Part shown: positions 29,576-42,314 of the stretch, in pieces
How the letters are laid out: each line of letters starts with the position of its first letter
Numbering within the stretch: the stretch's first letter is position 1
Source: an uncultured Actinomycetes bacterium
Lineage (GTDB): Bacteria; Actinomycetota; Thermoleophilia; RBG-16-64-13
Assembly (NCBI GenBank): GCA_963841735.1
Contig: CAWJDT010000001.1
Coordinates: 1,152,001 to 1,216,000 of the forward strand
Direction of reading: 5' to 3'
Length of the DNA: 64,000 bases
Position numbers and translations under genes: made by a program
The notes under the pieces: model-generated
The model's database searches: none
Seen by the model: only the letters and a program-made list of their open reading frames with translations
What the model was told of the DNA's origin: nothing

Positions 29576-31600
29576 GTGATAGGACGAGTATTCGACGAGC
29601 GCTACGAGGTCATCCGCAAGCTTGGCAGCGGCGGTATGGCCGAGGTCTATCTTGCTGAGGACCGTCACTTGGGCCGGCAGGTCGCTCTCAAGATACTGCA
29701 CGGGCGCTTCGCGAACGACACTGAGTTCGTGGAGCGTTTCCGGCGCGAAGCCAGCAGCGCCGCCGGTCTCAATCACCCCAGCATCGTGCAGATCTACGAT
29801 CGCGGCGAGGCCGAAGGCACCTACTACATCGCCATGGAGTATCTCGAGGGCCGCACCCTCAAGGACATCATCATCAAGTACGCTCCGCTCGATCCCGAAC
29901 TGGTGGTGTCGATCTCCAGGCAGGTAGTGGAGGCTCTGCGCTTTGCTCACCGCCGGGACATCATCCACCGGGACATCAAGCCGCAGAACATCATTGTCGA
30001 CAACGAAGGCCGGGTCAAGGTCACCGACTTCGGCATCGCCCGGGCGGGCAGCGGGTCTACCATGACCGAGGTCGGCTCGATCCTGGGTACCGCTCACTAT
30101 CTGTCGCCGGAGCAGGCCCAAGGCCAATCGGTAGAGGCCGCTTCTGACCTCTACTCCCTGGGTGTGGTCATGTACGAGATGGCCACCGGCAAGCTCCCCT
30201 TCAACGGCGACAACCCGGTGGGCATCGCCATGCAGCACGTGCACGAGAAGCCGGTGGCTCCGCGCAGCCTGGTTCCCAGCATACCCGCGAATCTCGAAGC
30301 GGTCACTCTGCGGGCCCTGGGCAAGCGGCCTGTGGAGCGCTATCTCACGGCCCAGGCCATGTTGGACGATTTGTGGAGGGTCCAGGACGGTGAATCGGTG
30401 AGCGCACCGGTGATCTTCCAGGAAGAAGCCACCAGGTTGATCACTCCGGCGGCGGCGGCGGCCGCCGCCGCCGCTCAGTCCACGCAGATCCGCCGCCGGG
30501 TGCCCGACGAGCCGCCGTCCGCTTCTGAGGTCCTATATGGTGAGCCGCCGCGCAGGGCCAGCGTGTGGCCCTGGCTGCTTGTGATCGTCCTCATCCTGGC
30601 CCTTGCCGGGACCGCCTTTGCCATCTTCTCCAGTTGGGGGGGAGCCGCAAAGGAGAATGGTGTGGTGCCCGGGGTGGCCGGAATGAGCCTTGACGATGCT
30701 AGAAACGCCATCGAGGAGGCCGGGTTCAAGTTCAAGAACGAGGGTGAGCAGGCTTCTGCTGATATCGCGGAGGGACTGGTGGCCAACCAGTCCCCCAAGG
30801 GAGACACCCAGTTGGCGAAAGGCGAGACGGTCAGTGTGTGGATATCCTCTGGTGAAGGGAAGGTGAAGGTGCCTCCTCTGTCGGGCAAGTCTCGTCAGGA
30901 TGCCATCGACACTCTCGATAGACTCGGACTGTACTGGCACGTCACCGAGGAGATAAACGACGAGGAAGAAGCCGAGAAGGTGCTGCGGCAAGATCCTCAG
31001 GGTGGGGCAGAGGTAGACGCGGGGACCACTGTGGAGTTGTGGGTGGCGGTGCCAAGTTCCACGGTCAAAGTGCCGTTGGTCAAAGGCTCGAGCCAGGTCG
31101 CCGCTGAAGGTCAGCTTACGGGAATGGGTCTGGTGCCCAAAGTAGAGATGGTCGACTCCACGGAGCCGGGTGGGACAGTGGTCGGTCAGGACCCGCCAGA
31201 GGGTACCGAGGTGGAGCGCGGAACCACGGTCACCATCAAAGTGAGCAACGCCCCGCTGCTTGATACCGTGATCGTACCGGCGGTGGGAGGACTGGGGCTG
31301 ACGGTCTCCCAGGCGAAGACCATTCTCAGCGATCACAAGCTGCGGCCCAGGATCGTGTACGTGGAGACGCCGGATTACCCTGTTGACACTGTGATCCAGC
31401 AGGACCCTGTGGCGGGGAAGGAAGTGCCGATCAACAGCTATGTTGAGCTGACCGTGGCCCAGAAGCCCGCCCCCACGACTACTACCGCTTCGACCACAAC
31501 GACGACGATCCCCGCCACTACCACGTCATCCACGACCACCACGACGTCTACGACTACCACGACGTCTACGACCAACACGACGGTAGCGCCGACCCCCTAG
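29576..31600 (+). CDS. pknB: PASTA-domain Ser/Thr kinase PknB/Stk1
   Basis: [25 protein letters not shown], four PASTA repeats, Thr-rich tail. Confidence 0.95.
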   Translation: MIGRVFDERYEVIRKLGSGGMAEVYLAEDRHLGRQVALKILHGRFANDTEFVERFRREASSAAGLNHPSIVQIYDRGEAEGTYYIAMEYLEGRTLKDIIIKYAPLDPELVVSISRQVVEALRFAHRRDIIHRDIKPQNIIVDNEGRVKVTDFGIARAGSGSTMTEVGSILGTAHYLSPEQAQGQSVEAASDLYSLGVVMYEMATGKLPFNGDNPVGIAMQHVHEKPVAPRSLVPSIPANLEAVTLRALGKRPVERYLTAQAMLDDLWRVQDGESVSAPVIFQEEATRLITPAAAAAAAAAQSTQIRRRVPDEPPSASEVLYGEPPRRASVWPWLLVIVLILALAGTAFAIFSSWGGAAKENGVVPGVAGMSLDDARNAIEEAGFKFKNEGEQASADIAEGLVANQSPKGDTQLAKGETVSVWISSGEGKVKVPPLSGKSRQDAIDTLDRLGLYWHVTEEINDEEEAEKVLRQDPQGGAEVDAGTTVELWVAVPSSTVKVPLVKGSSQVAAEGQLTGMGLVPKVEMVDSTEPGGTVVGQDPPEGTEVERGTTVTIKVSNAPLLDTVIVPAVGGLGLTVSQAKTILSDHKLRPRIVYVETPDYPVDTVIQQDPVAGKEVPINSYVELTVAQKPAPTTTTASTTTTTIPATTTSSTTTTTSTTTTTSTTNTTVAPTP

Positions 31601-31613
31601 ACCCTTCGACAAA

Positions 31614-34600
31614 GTGAGCGCCGTGAAACCTCCGACTTTTCAAGAAGTGTTGCTGGGCCTGCAGGAGTTCTGGGCCAAGCAGGGCTGCATAGTCTGGCAA
31701 CCGCATCACACCGAGGTGGGCGCAGGGACCTTCAACCCGGCGACCTTCCTCAAGGTCCTTGGACCTGATCCCTGGAAAGTCGCCTACGTGGAGCCTTCCA
31801 TCCGTCCCACCGACGGCCGCTACGGGGAGAACCCCTATCGGTTGGGGCACTACTACCAGTACCAGGTGATCATCAAGCCGTGCCCGGACAACATCCAGGA
31901 TCTCTATTTGGCCTCTTTGGAGCACCTGGGCATCAACCTGGCCGAGCACGACGTGCGCTTTGTGGAGGACGACTGGGAGTCGCCCACCCTGGGGGCGTGG
32001 GGCCTGGGTTGGGAAGTCTGGATCGACGGCATGGAATGCACGCAGTTCACCTACTTTCAGCAGGTGGGCGGCATCGATCTCGATCCCCCCAGTGTGGAGC
32101 TGACCTACGGCACCGAGCGCCTGGCCATGTATCTGCAGGGCAAGGACAGCCTCTTTGACCTGGAGTGGGTGCCGGGCGTTACCTACGGGGACGTCTACAA
32201 GGCCAACGAGGCCCAGTGGTCGGTGTACAACTTCGAGTTGGCCGACATCCCGCTGCTGCAGCGGTCGTTCGTAGACTACGAGCGGGAGTGCGAGCGCTGC
32301 CTGGAGCGGGGGTTGTCCCGGCCGGCGTACGACTTCGTGCTTAAGACCTCACATATGTTCAACCTTCTCGACGCCCGGGGCGCCATCAGCGTGACCGAGC
32401 GCACCGGCTATATCGCCCGGGTGCGCAATCTGGCCCGCAAGGTGGCCGAGACCTACGTGGCCGAGCTGGGGAGCGCCGCGGCCGAGCCGGCGGCCGCTAC
32501 AAGCGCGGCTATGGTCTCCGGTGCCGAGAACGTCTGGATGTCGCCTGGCGATACGAGCGCCCAAGACTTTATGCTCGAGATCGGCGTGGAAGAGATACCG
32601 GCGTCGGCGTGTCGCGCTGCCATCGATCTGCTGCCCGAACGGGTGGCGGGGCTGTTCGCCGCCGAGGGGGTAGAGGTCTCACCCGAGGATGTCGACGTGA
32701 TGGTGTCGCCGCGGCGCATCGCCGTCTTGATAAAGAACGTGCCCGGGGAGCAGGCTCCGCGAGAGATAGTCCAGCGTGGGCCCGCGCTGGAGGCGGCCTT
32801 TGACGCCGAGGGCGTTCCCACCAAGGCCTGCGAGGGGTTTGCCCGGGCCAAAGGGGCCTCGGCCAAAGACCTAGTGGTGCGGGAAGAAGCGGGGCGTAGT
32901 TTCGTGTACTACGTGACCCGCAGTGAAAGCCGGCCCACGGCTGGACTGCTGTCCGAGATCTGTCTGAAGATCGTCCGCGACATGTACTTCCCCAAGAACA
33001 TGCGTTGGGGATACCGCGACGTGCGCTTCTCCCGGCCGGTGCGCTGGTTGGTCGCACTATGGGGCGACACTGTCATCCCCTTCGGGTATGCCGGCCTGAC
33101 CTCCGGCAGGACGAGTCAGGGGCATCGTTGGCTGGGCGGCCCCGCGGACATAGCCCGTTCCGCCGACTACGTCGAGGCCATGCGGAGCGTGGGCGTGGTG
33201 GTGGACCATAGTGAGCGGGAGCACCTCATCTGGTCGGAGCTGGAGAGGATGGCGGCCGAGCAGGGGCTGAAGGTCATCGACCCCAAGGGCAAGATGGAAG
33301 AAGTGCTCTTCTTGGTGGAGAAGCCTACGGTGGCTCTAGGCCGGTTCGACGCGCGGCACTTGACGCTTCCGGCAGAGGTGCTGGAGACGGCCATGCAGTC
33401 TCACCAGCGCTATTTCCCGCTTCTTGAAAAGGACGGGGCCCTCTCCAACATGTTCTTGTGCGTGTCCAACGGCGATCCTGCCTGGATGGACCAGATCACA
33501 GCCGGCAACGAGCGGGTGTTGCAGGGACGCATAGAGGACGCGGAGTTTTCCTTTGACAAAGACAAGGCCACCGGCCTGGAAGCGATGGCCGCTCAATTGG
33601 GCAAGATCGTCTTTCACGTCAAGGCCGGCACCATGAAGGACAAGACCGACCGCCTGGTGGCGCTTACCGGTTATTTGGCAGAGGTGACAGGGGTCGTCGG
33701 CGACGCCCGTGAGCACGCTCTCGAGGCCGCTCGGTTGGCCAAGGCCGACCAGGTGTCGGTGATGGTGCGGGAGTTCGCCGACCTGGAAGGCGTCATGGGC
33801 GAGACCTACGCGCTCATGGAGGGACGCGATGCCGAGGTGGCTCAGGCCATCCGCGAGCAATTTCTGCCCGACGCAGCCGGCGGAGCGGTGCCGGAGACCT
33901 TGCCCGGGGCTCTGTTGGCCACAGCTGAGAAGGTGGACAACATCGCGGCCGCCTTTGCCTGCGGGGAACCGCCCTCAGGCTCCAAAGACCCTTACGGCCT
34001 GCGCCGGGCTGCCGCCGGTATGGTGGCTATCGCCACGCACCACGGACTGCGCTATGACGTGGAGAAGCTACTGGGAAGGGCCTATGGGCAGTTGGAGCGC
34101 TTCCCAGGACTGGTGGAGCGCGGCAAAGTGCTCACCGAGGGCACCGCCTTTGTACTTGAGCGTCTGGCCAAGACCCTCACCGATGACGGCGTGGCTCGCG
34201 ATACCGTGGACGCGGTCTTGCCCACGTCACGCGACTTCTTGGATCTGCGGGCCCGGGCCTTCGCACTGCATGAGTTCCGTTCGGGCGACAAGTGGGACGA
34301 TTTGGTAACGCTGTTCAGCCGGCCCTCCAACTTGGCCAAGAAGCTCCCGGTCGACGCGGCCGTTCATGCTTCGGAGGTCACGGGCGGGGTGTCGCCCGCG
34401 CAGTTCCAGGTGGACGCTGAGCCGGCGCTGTTCGCCGCTTGGCAGGAGGCCGCCGCGCAGAGCGCGGCGGCTGTGCAGGCGGGCCTCTACGGTGAGGCTC
34501 TAGCTGCCCTGGCGGGGCTGCGGCCGGCCGTGGACCGCTACTTCACCGACGTGCTGGTGATGGCCCAGGACGAGGCTGTGCGTATCAACCGGTTGCGCCA

Positions 34601-34661
34601 ACTGGCTGCCATCGCGGCCACGGTGCGCAGCGTGGCCTGGCTGGAGCTGGTCCAGGGCTGA
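31614..34661 (+). CDS. glyQS: glycine--tRNA ligase, fused alpha and beta subunits
   Basis: [32 protein letters not shown] (alpha) continuous with [26 protein letters not shown] (beta). Confidence 0.95.
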   Translation: MSAVKPPTFQEVLLGLQEFWAKQGCIVWQPHHTEVGAGTFNPATFLKVLGPDPWKVAYVEPSIRPTDGRYGENPYRLGHYYQYQVIIKPCPDNIQDLYLASLEHLGINLAEHDVRFVEDDWESPTLGAWGLGWEVWIDGMECTQFTYFQQVGGIDLDPPSVELTYGTERLAMYLQGKDSLFDLEWVPGVTYGDVYKANEAQWSVYNFELADIPLLQRSFVDYERECERCLERGLSRPAYDFVLKTSHMFNLLDARGAISVTERTGYIARVRNLARKVAETYVAELGSAAAEPAAATSAAMVSGAENVWMSPGDTSAQDFMLEIGVEEIPASACRAAIDLLPERVAGLFAAEGVEVSPEDVDVMVSPRRIAVLIKNVPGEQAPREIVQRGPALEAAFDAEGVPTKACEGFARAKGASAKDLVVREEAGRSFVYYVTRSESRPTAGLLSEICLKIVRDMYFPKNMRWGYRDVRFSRPVRWLVALWGDTVIPFGYAGLTSGRTSQGHRWLGGPADIARSADYVEAMRSVGVVVDHSEREHLIWSELERMAAEQGLKVIDPKGKMEEVLFLVEKPTVALGRFDARHLTLPAEVLETAMQSHQRYFPLLEKDGALSNMFLCVSNGDPAWMDQITAGNERVLQGRIEDAEFSFDKDKATGLEAMAAQLGKIVFHVKAGTMKDKTDRLVALTGYLAEVTGVVGDAREHALEAARLAKADQVSVMVREFADLEGVMGETYALMEGRDAEVAQAIREQFLPDAAGGAVPETLPGALLATAEKVDNIAAAFACGEPPSGSKDPYGLRRAAAGMVAIATHHGLRYDVEKLLGRAYGQLERFPGLVERGKVLTEGTAFVLERLAKTLTDDGVARDTVDAVLPTSRDFLDLRARAFALHEFRSGDKWDDLVTLFSRPSNLAKKLPVDAAVHASEVTGGVSPAQFQVDAEPALFAAWQEAAAQSAAAVQAGLYGEALAALAGLRPAVDRYFTDVLVMAQDEAVRINRLRQLAAIAATVRSVAWLELVQG

Positions 34662-34744
34662 CGCAGGCCGGCGGCCGAGTGCCGCCGGTGCGCCGGTGTT
34701 CTTACATCAACGGTGCCCGGTGAGGGAGCGTGGGGACGCGCGCA

Positions 34745-36775
34745 TCAGGGCGATCCCCATACGCGTATGGTGCCGTCGGACGAGGCAGTCACCAACAGCC
34801 GGCTGTCGGGCGAGAAGGCGAAATCGCTGGCGCTGCAATCGAGCTTGAAGAGGAGCTCGCCGCTCCGCGGGTCTAGGAACAGTAAACCGTCCTCGTACGC
34901 GCTGGCCACCAGCATGCTGCCGTCGGGGCTGAAGGCTAGGTGCTGGAAGTTCTGCCCCATGGGGTAGTCCCAGCGCTGGTCACCTGTGCCGACGTCGTAT
35001 GCGCGCACCGAGTACGTATCCTGATGGAAGAAACTTACAGCCAGAAGCGAACCATCTGGGCTGAGGGCGACTCGCCCGGCTTCGTCATCGGCGAAGTACA
35101 TCAAGTCCTGTTGGGCGACTGCATCCCAGACCACGACCAAGCTGCCATCCTCTGCCGCGACCCGGCTACCGTCCGCGCTGAGCGCAACGGAACTGACGGA
35201 CCAATCCATCATCAAAGAGCTCGTGGCGCTTTCGCCATTCAAGGGCCATAACTCGACGAGACTGCCCTGGACGGCTGCTAGGCGGTTGCCATCTCCGCTG
35301 AGCGCCGCGCCACGGACCGGTTGCCCAAAAGCCATCGTTCCTGCTGGCGCCCCCGTCAACGGATTCCAGAACTTGACTTGGTCTTCGGACTCAGCTCGCG
35401 AGATCAGGGTAGTCTCATCGGGGGATAAGAACAGATCTTGGATCGTTTCTTTGAGATCCGGCGCCCCCACCGTGGTGATCAGTTCCATGGTATCCAGGTC
35501 CCAGAGCATCAACCTGGTGTCGCTCGTCCAGGAAGAGCCCTTAGCCGCCGCCAGGATGTTGTTTTGGGCACCGACCGCCACCTGCAAGGCGCGCTCATCG
35601 TATCCCTCCTGGATGCCCAGGGAGGCACCCGTGCCCAGGTCGAACAGGTCGACCTGGCTGTCGCCAGGCACTGAGAGTCGCGCAAGGTCGGGGCTGATAC
35701 GGGAACCGCTACCCACATTCTGGGTGAAGGGTACGGTCGTTTCCTGTTGCAGGCTGGCCAGACCATAGACCGAGTAGCCCTTGTTGGCGTGGACCAGCAA
35801 CTTCTCGCCCGAGGAGTCCACATCCAGATCAAACACTATGCCGGCCGGGGATATCTCGCCAACCACGGCGCCGGAGCTCATGTTGACGACTTGAACGCGT
35901 GTGGGGTTCATCAGATTGACGATGGCCGCTACAGTGCCATTGGTCTCTGCGATGGAGCTCATCGGTTGAGCAAGGGGGGCCTTGTACAGCAACCGACCCG
36001 TGGTGCCGTCCCATATGCAGAGTTCCTTAAGGCCCGCTCCGACAACGGCTTTGCCCCGGTTGGACAAGCTGATCCTCATCAACTGCTTGTCGTTAGCCTG
36101 GAAGCTCACGCTGCCCTGACGAGCGCCGTCAGCTAGGCCGTAAGTATCCAGGAAGGTGCTATAGGCAGGCACGCCGAAGTCGCCGATGCCGACGCTCTCT
36201 TGGCCAAGAGCCAGCAGGGCATCATTTTCGCCATCGATCCAGAGGTCTTCCAGGGTGCGTTCCTGTTGAATGGTGCGCAGCTTCTGGCGGCCGGCCACGT
36301 CCCAGATCTGGATCTCATCGTTTGACTCCAACGCCAGAAGCGCACTGTCTTTGTCCCATGCCACCAAGCGCGTGTATCCGCTCGGCAGTAGGTCGATTGT
36401 CTCCAGGGTATGGCCGTCCAACAAGTACAGGCCTACTCCGGTGGCCAGGGCGATCATCTCACCGTCCGGCGACCAGGCAGAAGCGACCATCTCACCCTTG
36501 CCGATTTGGGCCAATTGCACCAGGCCGGACACTGTCTGGGCTGAAAGCGCCTGGCCCGCCTGTACCAGCGGCGCAGCGGTTGTGGTGGTAGACAGGGATG
36601 TGGCCGTCGCCGGCAGGGTTGTTTGTGTCGATTCGCCGACCGCCGAGGTGGCGGTGCCCGTCGCTGAGGTGTTGTTCCCTTCGCCGCCGCAGGCGATTAG
36701 GGAGACCCCCATTCCGAAGGCGCACAGCGCAAGGGCACAACAGAGAGGGGGTCGGCGGTGGGGGGTTGGTCTCAT
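34745..36775 (-). CDS. WD40-repeat lipoprotein
   Basis: Lipobox LIAC, Thr stalk, many SPDG...WD blades; AAGGAG RBS. Confidence 0.85.
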   Translation of the reverse strand: MRPTPHRRPPLCCALALCAFGMGVSLIACGGEGNNTSATGTATSAVGESTQTTLPATATSLSTTTTAAPLVQAGQALSAQTVSGLVQLAQIGKGEMVASAWSPDGEMIALATGVGLYLLDGHTLETIDLLPSGYTRLVAWDKDSALLALESNDEIQIWDVAGRQKLRTIQQERTLEDLWIDGENDALLALGQESVGIGDFGVPAYSTFLDTYGLADGARQGSVSFQANDKQLMRISLSNRGKAVVGAGLKELCIWDGTTGRLLYKAPLAQPMSSIAETNGTVAAIVNLMNPTRVQVVNMSSGAVVGEISPAGIVFDLDVDSSGEKLLVHANKGYSVYGLASLQQETTVPFTQNVGSGSRISPDLARLSVPGDSQVDLFDLGTGASLGIQEGYDERALQVAVGAQNNILAAAKGSSWTSDTRLMLWDLDTMELITTVGAPDLKETIQDLFLSPDETTLISRAESEDQVKFWNPLTGAPAGTMAFGQPVRGAALSGDGNRLAAVQGSLVELWPLNGESATSSLMMDWSVSSVALSADGSRVAAEDGSLVVVWDAVAQQDLMYFADDEAGRVALSPDGSLLAVSFFHQDTYSVRAYDVGTGDQRWDYPMGQNFQHLAFSPDGSMLVASAYEDGLLFLDPRSGELLFKLDCSASDFAFSPDSRLLVTASSDGTIRVWGSP

Positions 36776-36896
36776 CGGACGTAACTCCTTTCGGTCCGAC
36801 GCCGGACGGCAGGGGATGGAGCGCCCGGTGTCGTTGGAGGCTTGCCTAGACAATGATATGGCTCGGGGGCAAAAAGGCCAAGCCGCCATCGCTATC

Positions 36897-37619
36897 TTAG
36901 AAGCGGCCGCGGCGTGTGAGCCGCAGCAGGAACTCCAGCAGGAAGTACGCGGCCGCCCCGCCACCTGCGGCGCTGGCGACGAACACCGGCCAATTCACCC
37001 CAAGTCGACGGGAACGGAGCAGGGGCAGCAAGGCCAGGATCAACGTGGGCAGGCAGAGGGCCAGGACGGACTGCCATCCCGATACGGTTCTCATCAAATA
37101 GCCTTCCTGCATTTCCCGCACGTGCGCCACGCTGCGAATCACTTCGGGCAGTGACCAGACGAATGGTGCGGCCAGGAACGCGCTGCCAATCCGGCCGGGC
37201 TGCAGTGACTGCGCGGCGATGAAGCCAATGATGGCGCCGGCGGGGACCGCCGCCATTTCGAAAAGCCGCTCGTCTTTCCACAGCACCATAAAGCCGGCCG
37301 AATCGCATAGCCCGAATACCACGCAGTAGGCAAGCAGCCAGGCGAGTAGGTAGATGGCCGCTGTGGCCCCAGCCCAGATGGTCCCGCTGCCAAGAGAGCG
37401 GGTCCTGGCCGCTCGCTGTGCGAAGAGGAATCCTATGGACACCCATGGGGCCGTTGCCCAACCCAGAAACGAAAATGGGTTGAGCATCTGCCCCAACAGC
37501 TGTGCAACAGAGCCGGCTGCCAAGCCGCCGATCAGTGCGTAGGCGAATATTGGCCAGCCGAGCGGCCGGCTCGGGTCGGCTCTGAGGAATCGGAGTGCGT
37601 TGCGAAGGTCAAGTGACAT
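36897..37619 (-). CDS. hypothetical integral membrane protein
   Basis: Six or seven hydrophobic segments, co-oriented with WD40 gene. Confidence 0.6.
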   Translation of the reverse strand: MSLDLRNALRFLRADPSRPLGWPIFAYALIGGLAAGSVAQLLGQMLNPFSFLGWATAPWVSIGFLFAQRAARTRSLGSGTIWAGATAAIYLLAWLLAYCVVFGLCDSAGFMVLWKDERLFEMAAVPAGAIIGFIAAQSLQPGRIGSAFLAAPFVWSLPEVIRSVAHVREMQEGYLMRTVSGWQSVLALCLPTLILALLPLLRSRRLGVNWPVFVASAAGGGAAAYFLLEFLLRLTRRGRF

Positions 37620-37755
37620 CGGCCCCCCCTGCGGTCGGTGCTTCCCCCGGACACGGGGAAACCTATCACGGGGGGCCGGAGGCGGTCAATCGGTTGGGCG
37701 TTTCGCGGTGAGGGGTGCCTTCAGCGCCCCAACGGGAGCTGCACCAGGATTTGAG

Positions 37756-37787
37756 AAAAGAAAAGGGCCGGGGATATCCCGGCCCTC
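37756..37787 (-). terminator. Rho-independent terminator of the radical SAM gene
   Basis: AGGGCCGGG / CCCGGCCCT stem with minus-strand T tract. Confidence 0.75.
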
Positions 37788-37831
37788 TCGTTGGACGTCT
37801 CGGCGCGTCGGCGCCTTCGGTAGGGTGCCGC

Positions 37832-39310
37832 TCAGGAGCAGGCGCCCACTTCGTCGGCCTCCAGAGCACCAGCTTCGTCGGGCAACTCGTCGGCGTCGCC
37901 GGGGAGGGCTATCCGCCGCTGGTAGTCGGGGTCGCTCTCCAGCCAGGTGTGGATCCAGGTCTCCTTCTCCCACACCGGGTCGAGGATCCTGGAAACCTCA
38001 GCCGCGTACTCGTTGAGTCCGGCATGCAGGTCGGTGAAGAGGCTCTCGGCGCCTTCGTGAGTGGGATAGGCGTTGTTGCGCGCCACAGCCGTCTTCAGCA
38101 CCGAAGGATGGTCGATGATGGGGCAGGGCATCAGCAAGTTCTTGCCGTAGGGGGCCATGCGGCGCAGATCGCGGAAGAAGTCGGACCCGAGGATCTCGAT
38201 GAGCGACTTGTCTTTGATGTTGTCCACAGCGAAGTGCGCGAAGATGCAGGGCTCCACGTCGCCCTTGTTGTTGATGTGGATGTACTTGCGCCCACCGGAC
38301 AGGCAACCGCCGGTGAGTGGACCGTCGCCCCAGAAGTCCGCTGCCATGAGCGGGTGTTTGGAGCGCATCCGTGTGACACCTTCGCGGAGTTCGAGCCGCT
38401 GCTCGGCGCTAGGCATCAGGCTGAGGTCTGGGTCGCGGCCCACGGGCATGTACAGGAAGTACCAGCCGTAGAAGGCGCCCTTTTCGACCAGCATCGATGC
38501 GAACTCATCGGAAGTGATCTCGGCGATGTTCTTGCTGGTGGCCGTGCATGAGTAGGCGAAGATGGCCTTGCGCTGGCGCAGCCTGTCCATGGCCGCCATG
38601 ATGCGGTCGTAGGTGCCTGCGCCGCGGCGGGCGTCGGTGGATTCCTTGGAGCCCTCTATGCTGATGGTCGGGCAGACGTTACCCAGTTCGACGATGCGGT
38701 CGGCTACCCGGTCGTTGATCATGGTTGCGTTGGTGAACACCATGAAGATTGAGTGCGGATGGCGCTCGGCGACGTCGAGCAGGGGCCTCCATACAAAGGG
38801 CTCGCCGCCCAGGATGATGTACACGCGGGTGCCGATGGCTTCGCCTTGGTCGATAATGCTCTCGAACTCCTCTTCGGTGAGGTCCTCTTCATTATCGTAG
38901 TTGGCCGCATAGCAGCCCACGCATCTCAGGTTGCAGCGCATACTGGGACTGATCAGGATCGTTGTGGGTGAATTGATGCCGTGGTCTCTCAGGAGCGAGT
39001 CGTTGAATTCCGGATCCCTCAGGAAGAAGTTGGCCAACAGGCCGGCAACGTAACGTTTACGAACATTAGGATGAAGATGACTGATGTTACGGAAGAGGGT
39101 GTTGCCGGGGCTGCCGGGGGCCGTGTAATTCTTGACGAACTCGGCCGTCATGTTCTGCTGAGGGGTCTTGGCCGCGCGCTTCACGGCCGCGGCCAGGCCA
39201 CGCATGGCCAGGTCGGAACTGCCGACTAGAGCCAAAGCCGCCGAAATCATCGACGAGGTCCGCTCGTAGTCGCGACGCTCCCGAGCTTGCTTCAGCGAAG
39301 GCTCGGGCAT
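37832..39310 (-). CDS. radical SAM protein with SPASM/twitch-type C-terminus
   Basis: CNLRCVGC, LGGEPF, FTNAT, GCLSGGRKYIHINNKGDVEPC, PCPIIDHP. Confidence 0.9.
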   Translation of the reverse strand: MPEPSLKQARERRDYERTSSMISAALALVGSSDLAMRGLAAAVKRAAKTPQQNMTAEFVKNYTAPGSPGNTLFRNISHLHPNVRKRYVAGLLANFFLRDPEFNDSLLRDHGINSPTTILISPSMRCNLRCVGCYAANYDNEEDLTEEEFESIIDQGEAIGTRVYIILGGEPFVWRPLLDVAERHPHSIFMVFTNATMINDRVADRIVELGNVCPTISIEGSKESTDARRGAGTYDRIMAAMDRLRQRKAIFAYSCTATSKNIAEITSDEFASMLVEKGAFYGWYFLYMPVGRDPDLSLMPSAEQRLELREGVTRMRSKHPLMAADFWGDGPLTGGCLSGGRKYIHINNKGDVEPCIFAHFAVDNIKDKSLIEILGSDFFRDLRRMAPYGKNLLMPCPIIDHPSVLKTAVARNNAYPTHEGAESLFTDLHAGLNEYAAEVSRILDPVWEKETWIHTWLESDPDYQRRIALPGDADELPDEAGALEADEVGACS

Positions 39311-39528
39311 TGCCTGTCTCCTTTCCCTATATGGTGCGGTTTCTGGGGGTGCCAATACCATAACACAACAAAAAACGGTCGCAACCCCGCTTACAGAGAG
39401 TCGCGCCGCACCCCGGGTCCGCGGGGCGGGCAGCTTCCCAAGAGGGGCCCGCTTAGTTAGAATACGGGCTTCGAGGGGGTAGCTCGCCGGCGCGGCGTGC
39501 CGCGTGATCTTGAAGGGAGTTTGTTCTG

Positions 39529-42195
39529 ATGAGTCCGAGCAAGTATGTCTACGATTTCTCCGAGGGCAACGCCGCCATGAAACCTCTGTTGGGTGGCAAA
39601 GGGGCCAACCTGGCGGAGATGACTGGGCTGGGCATACCTGTGCCCCCCGGCTTCGTAGTGACTACGGCCGCCTGCGTCTACTATTCAGCCAACGGGAAGT
39701 ACCCCGATGGGCTCGAGAAGGAGATCGAGGAACATCTGAGGGCTCTTGAGAAGCAGACCGGCAAGACCTTGGGCGACCCGGGCAACCCGCTGCTGCTCTC
39801 CGTGCGGTCGGGCGCGGTGTTCTCGATGCCTGGGATGATGGACACCGTTCTCAACCTGGGCCTGAACGACGCGACGGTGGAGGGGTTGGCCAAGGGAACA
39901 GGGAATCCCCGCTTCGCCTATGATTCTTATCGACGCTTTATCAGCATGTTCGGCGATGTGGTCATGGGCGTGGATCCGCAGGCTTTTGAGGACGCGCTTA
40001 CCGCCAAGAAGGACGAGGCGGGCGCGGCTCTGGACACAGATCTCTCGGGCGACGACCTGCGCGACCTCACGGTGCGTTTCAAGACGATCCTGCGTGAGAA
40101 GGCGGGCGAGCAGTTCCCGGATGATGCCCTCAAGCAGCTGCACATGGCCGTGGTGGCCGTGTTCAAGAGCTGGGACAACCATCGGGCCAAGGTTTACCGC
40201 CGCACGCAAGGCATCCCTGACGATCTGGGCACGGCCGTCAATCTGCAGACCATGGTGTTTGGCAACCTGGGCGAGACCTCCGGCACCGGCGTGGCCTTCA
40301 CACGCGATCCCTCGACCGGCGAGAACTTCTTCTACGGCGAGTTCCTCATGAACGCTCAGGGTGAGGACGTGGTGGCTGGAGTGCGCCATCCCCGTCCCTT
40401 GGAAGAGCTGCGCGAGGTCATGCCCGAGGCGCTCGACCAGTTGTACACCATCCGAGCCACACTCGAAGCTCACTACCGCGACATGCAGGACGTGGAGTTC
40501 ACCATCGAGGACACCAAGCTCTACATGCTGCAGACCCGTAACGGGAAGCGCACCGCCCCGGCGGCTCTCAAGAACGCCGTGGACATGGTGGCCGAAGGGC
40601 TCATCACCAAAGAAGAGGCGCTGATGCGGGTGGATGCCGGTCAGCTGGACCAGTTGCTGCATCCCCGACTTGATCCCAAGGCCAAGGTGCGGGTTCTGGC
40701 CACCGGCCTGGGGGCGTCCCCCGGCGCGGCGGTGGGTAAGGCCGTGTTCGACGCCGACGAGGCCGAAAAGCGTGGCTCGGCGGGCGAAGCGGTCATCCTG
40801 GTGCGTTGGGAGACCAACCCTGACGACATCCACGGGCTCATCCAGGCTCAGGGTGTCATCACCAGCCATGGCGGCATGACCTCCCACGCGGCCGTGGTGG
40901 CTCGCGGTATGGGCAAGCCCTGCATCGCCGGCGCTCAAGAACTTAAGATCGATACCGAAGCTAGGCGTTTCTCGGTGGGCGATGTCACCGTCAGCGACGG
41001 CGACTGGATATCAATGGACGGGGCCACCGGCCGGGTGATACTGGGCCAAGCCGCTCTGGTGCCGGCCGCCATCGACGAGAACGTCAACACCGTGCTCTCC
41101 TGGGCCGACGAGGTCCGCCGCCTGCGCGTGCGCACCAACGCCGACACGCCAGAAGATGCCAAGAAGGCCCGTGAGTTCGGAGCTGAAGGCATCGGGCTCT
41201 GCCGCACCGAGCACATGTTCATGCAGGAAGAGCGTCTGCCCCACGTGCGCAACATGATCATGGCCAAGGACACCGCGGAGCGCGAGGAGCATCTGGCCAA
41301 GCTGCTGCCTTTCCAGCGCGAGGACTTCGACGGCATCTTCCGGGCCATGGTCGGACTGCCGGTGACCATCAGGCTGCTCGACCCGCCGCTTCACGAGTTT
41401 CTGCCCAACTACACCGACACTATGGTGGAGTTGGAGCGCCTGCGTCTCACCGGAGCGCCGGCCGGCATGGTTGAGGCTCAGGAGAAGCTGGCGGCGACGG
41501 TCAAGTCTCTGGCCGAGGCCAATCCGATGCTGGGCACCCGTGGTTGCCGTCTGGGCATCCAGTGGCCGGAGATCTACCGCATGCAGGTGCGGGCCATCAT
41601 CGAAGCAGCCGCCGACGTGCTGGCCTCGACGGGTGAGCAGCCTCACGTGGAGATCATGATCCCGCTGGTGGGCTTTGAAGAAGAGTTGAAGCGCATGCGT
41701 GCCCTGACTGTAGAGACCGCCGACGCGGTGCTGAAGGAACGGGGCGTGGCTCTCGACTATACGGTGGGTACCATGATCGAAGTGCCTCGGGCGGCTCTGA
41801 CCGCCGACCAGATAGTCCTGCAGGCCGATTTCTTCAGCTTCGGCACCAACGATCTCACACAGATGACCTTGGGCTTCTCCCGCGACGACGCCGAGGGCAA
41901 GTTTCTCACCCACTACCTGAGCACCGACCTTCTCAAGAGCAACCCGTTCGAGAAGCTCGACCAGGTTGGAGTGGGGCAGCTGATCGCCATGGCCGTGCAG
42001 AAGGCCCGCGCGGTCAAGCCCGATTTCAAGACGGGTATCTGCGGAGAGCATGGCGGCGAGCCGACAAGCGTGAAGTTCTGCCACCGTGCCGGGCTGAACT
42101 ACGTCAGCTGTAGCCCCTACAGGGTGCCGTTGGCCCGGCTGGCGGCCGCCCAGGCGGTCCTGGAAGAGAAGGCGGTAAGCAAGGCAGGCGACTGA
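39529..42195 (+). CDS. ppdK: pyruvate, phosphate dikinase
   Basis: [56 protein letters not shown]. Confidence 0.98.
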   Translation: MSPSKYVYDFSEGNAAMKPLLGGKGANLAEMTGLGIPVPPGFVVTTAACVYYSANGKYPDGLEKEIEEHLRALEKQTGKTLGDPGNPLLLSVRSGAVFSMPGMMDTVLNLGLNDATVEGLAKGTGNPRFAYDSYRRFISMFGDVVMGVDPQAFEDALTAKKDEAGAALDTDLSGDDLRDLTVRFKTILREKAGEQFPDDALKQLHMAVVAVFKSWDNHRAKVYRRTQGIPDDLGTAVNLQTMVFGNLGETSGTGVAFTRDPSTGENFFYGEFLMNAQGEDVVAGVRHPRPLEELREVMPEALDQLYTIRATLEAHYRDMQDVEFTIEDTKLYMLQTRNGKRTAPAALKNAVDMVAEGLITKEEALMRVDAGQLDQLLHPRLDPKAKVRVLATGLGASPGAAVGKAVFDADEAEKRGSAGEAVILVRWETNPDDIHGLIQAQGVITSHGGMTSHAAVVARGMGKPCIAGAQELKIDTEARRFSVGDVTVSDGDWISMDGATGRVILGQAALVPAAIDENVNTVLSWADEVRRLRVRTNADTPEDAKKAREFGAEGIGLCRTEHMFMQEERLPHVRNMIMAKDTAEREEHLAKLLPFQREDFDGIFRAMVGLPVTIRLLDPPLHEFLPNYTDTMVELERLRLTGAPAGMVEAQEKLAATVKSLAEANPMLGTRGCRLGIQWPEIYRMQVRAIIEAAADVLASTGEQPHVEIMIPLVGFEEELKRMRALTVETADAVLKERGVALDYTVGTMIEVPRAALTADQIVLQADFFSFGTNDLTQMTLGFSRDDAEGKFLTHYLSTDLLKSNPFEKLDQVGVGQLIAMAVQKARAVKPDFKTGICGEHGGEPTSVKFCHRAGLNYVSCSPYRVPLARLAAAQAVLEEKAVSKAGD

Positions 42196-42314
42196 GGGCG
42201 CTGAGCGACGGCCCGGCGGGCGGCGCCGGGGGGCTCCGCGCCGGGCGGATAGCCCGGAGCTTGGGGAAACGTGAGTGGAGCCGGCCCGCGCGGGCCGGCG
42301 AGGCCGGAGACGCC

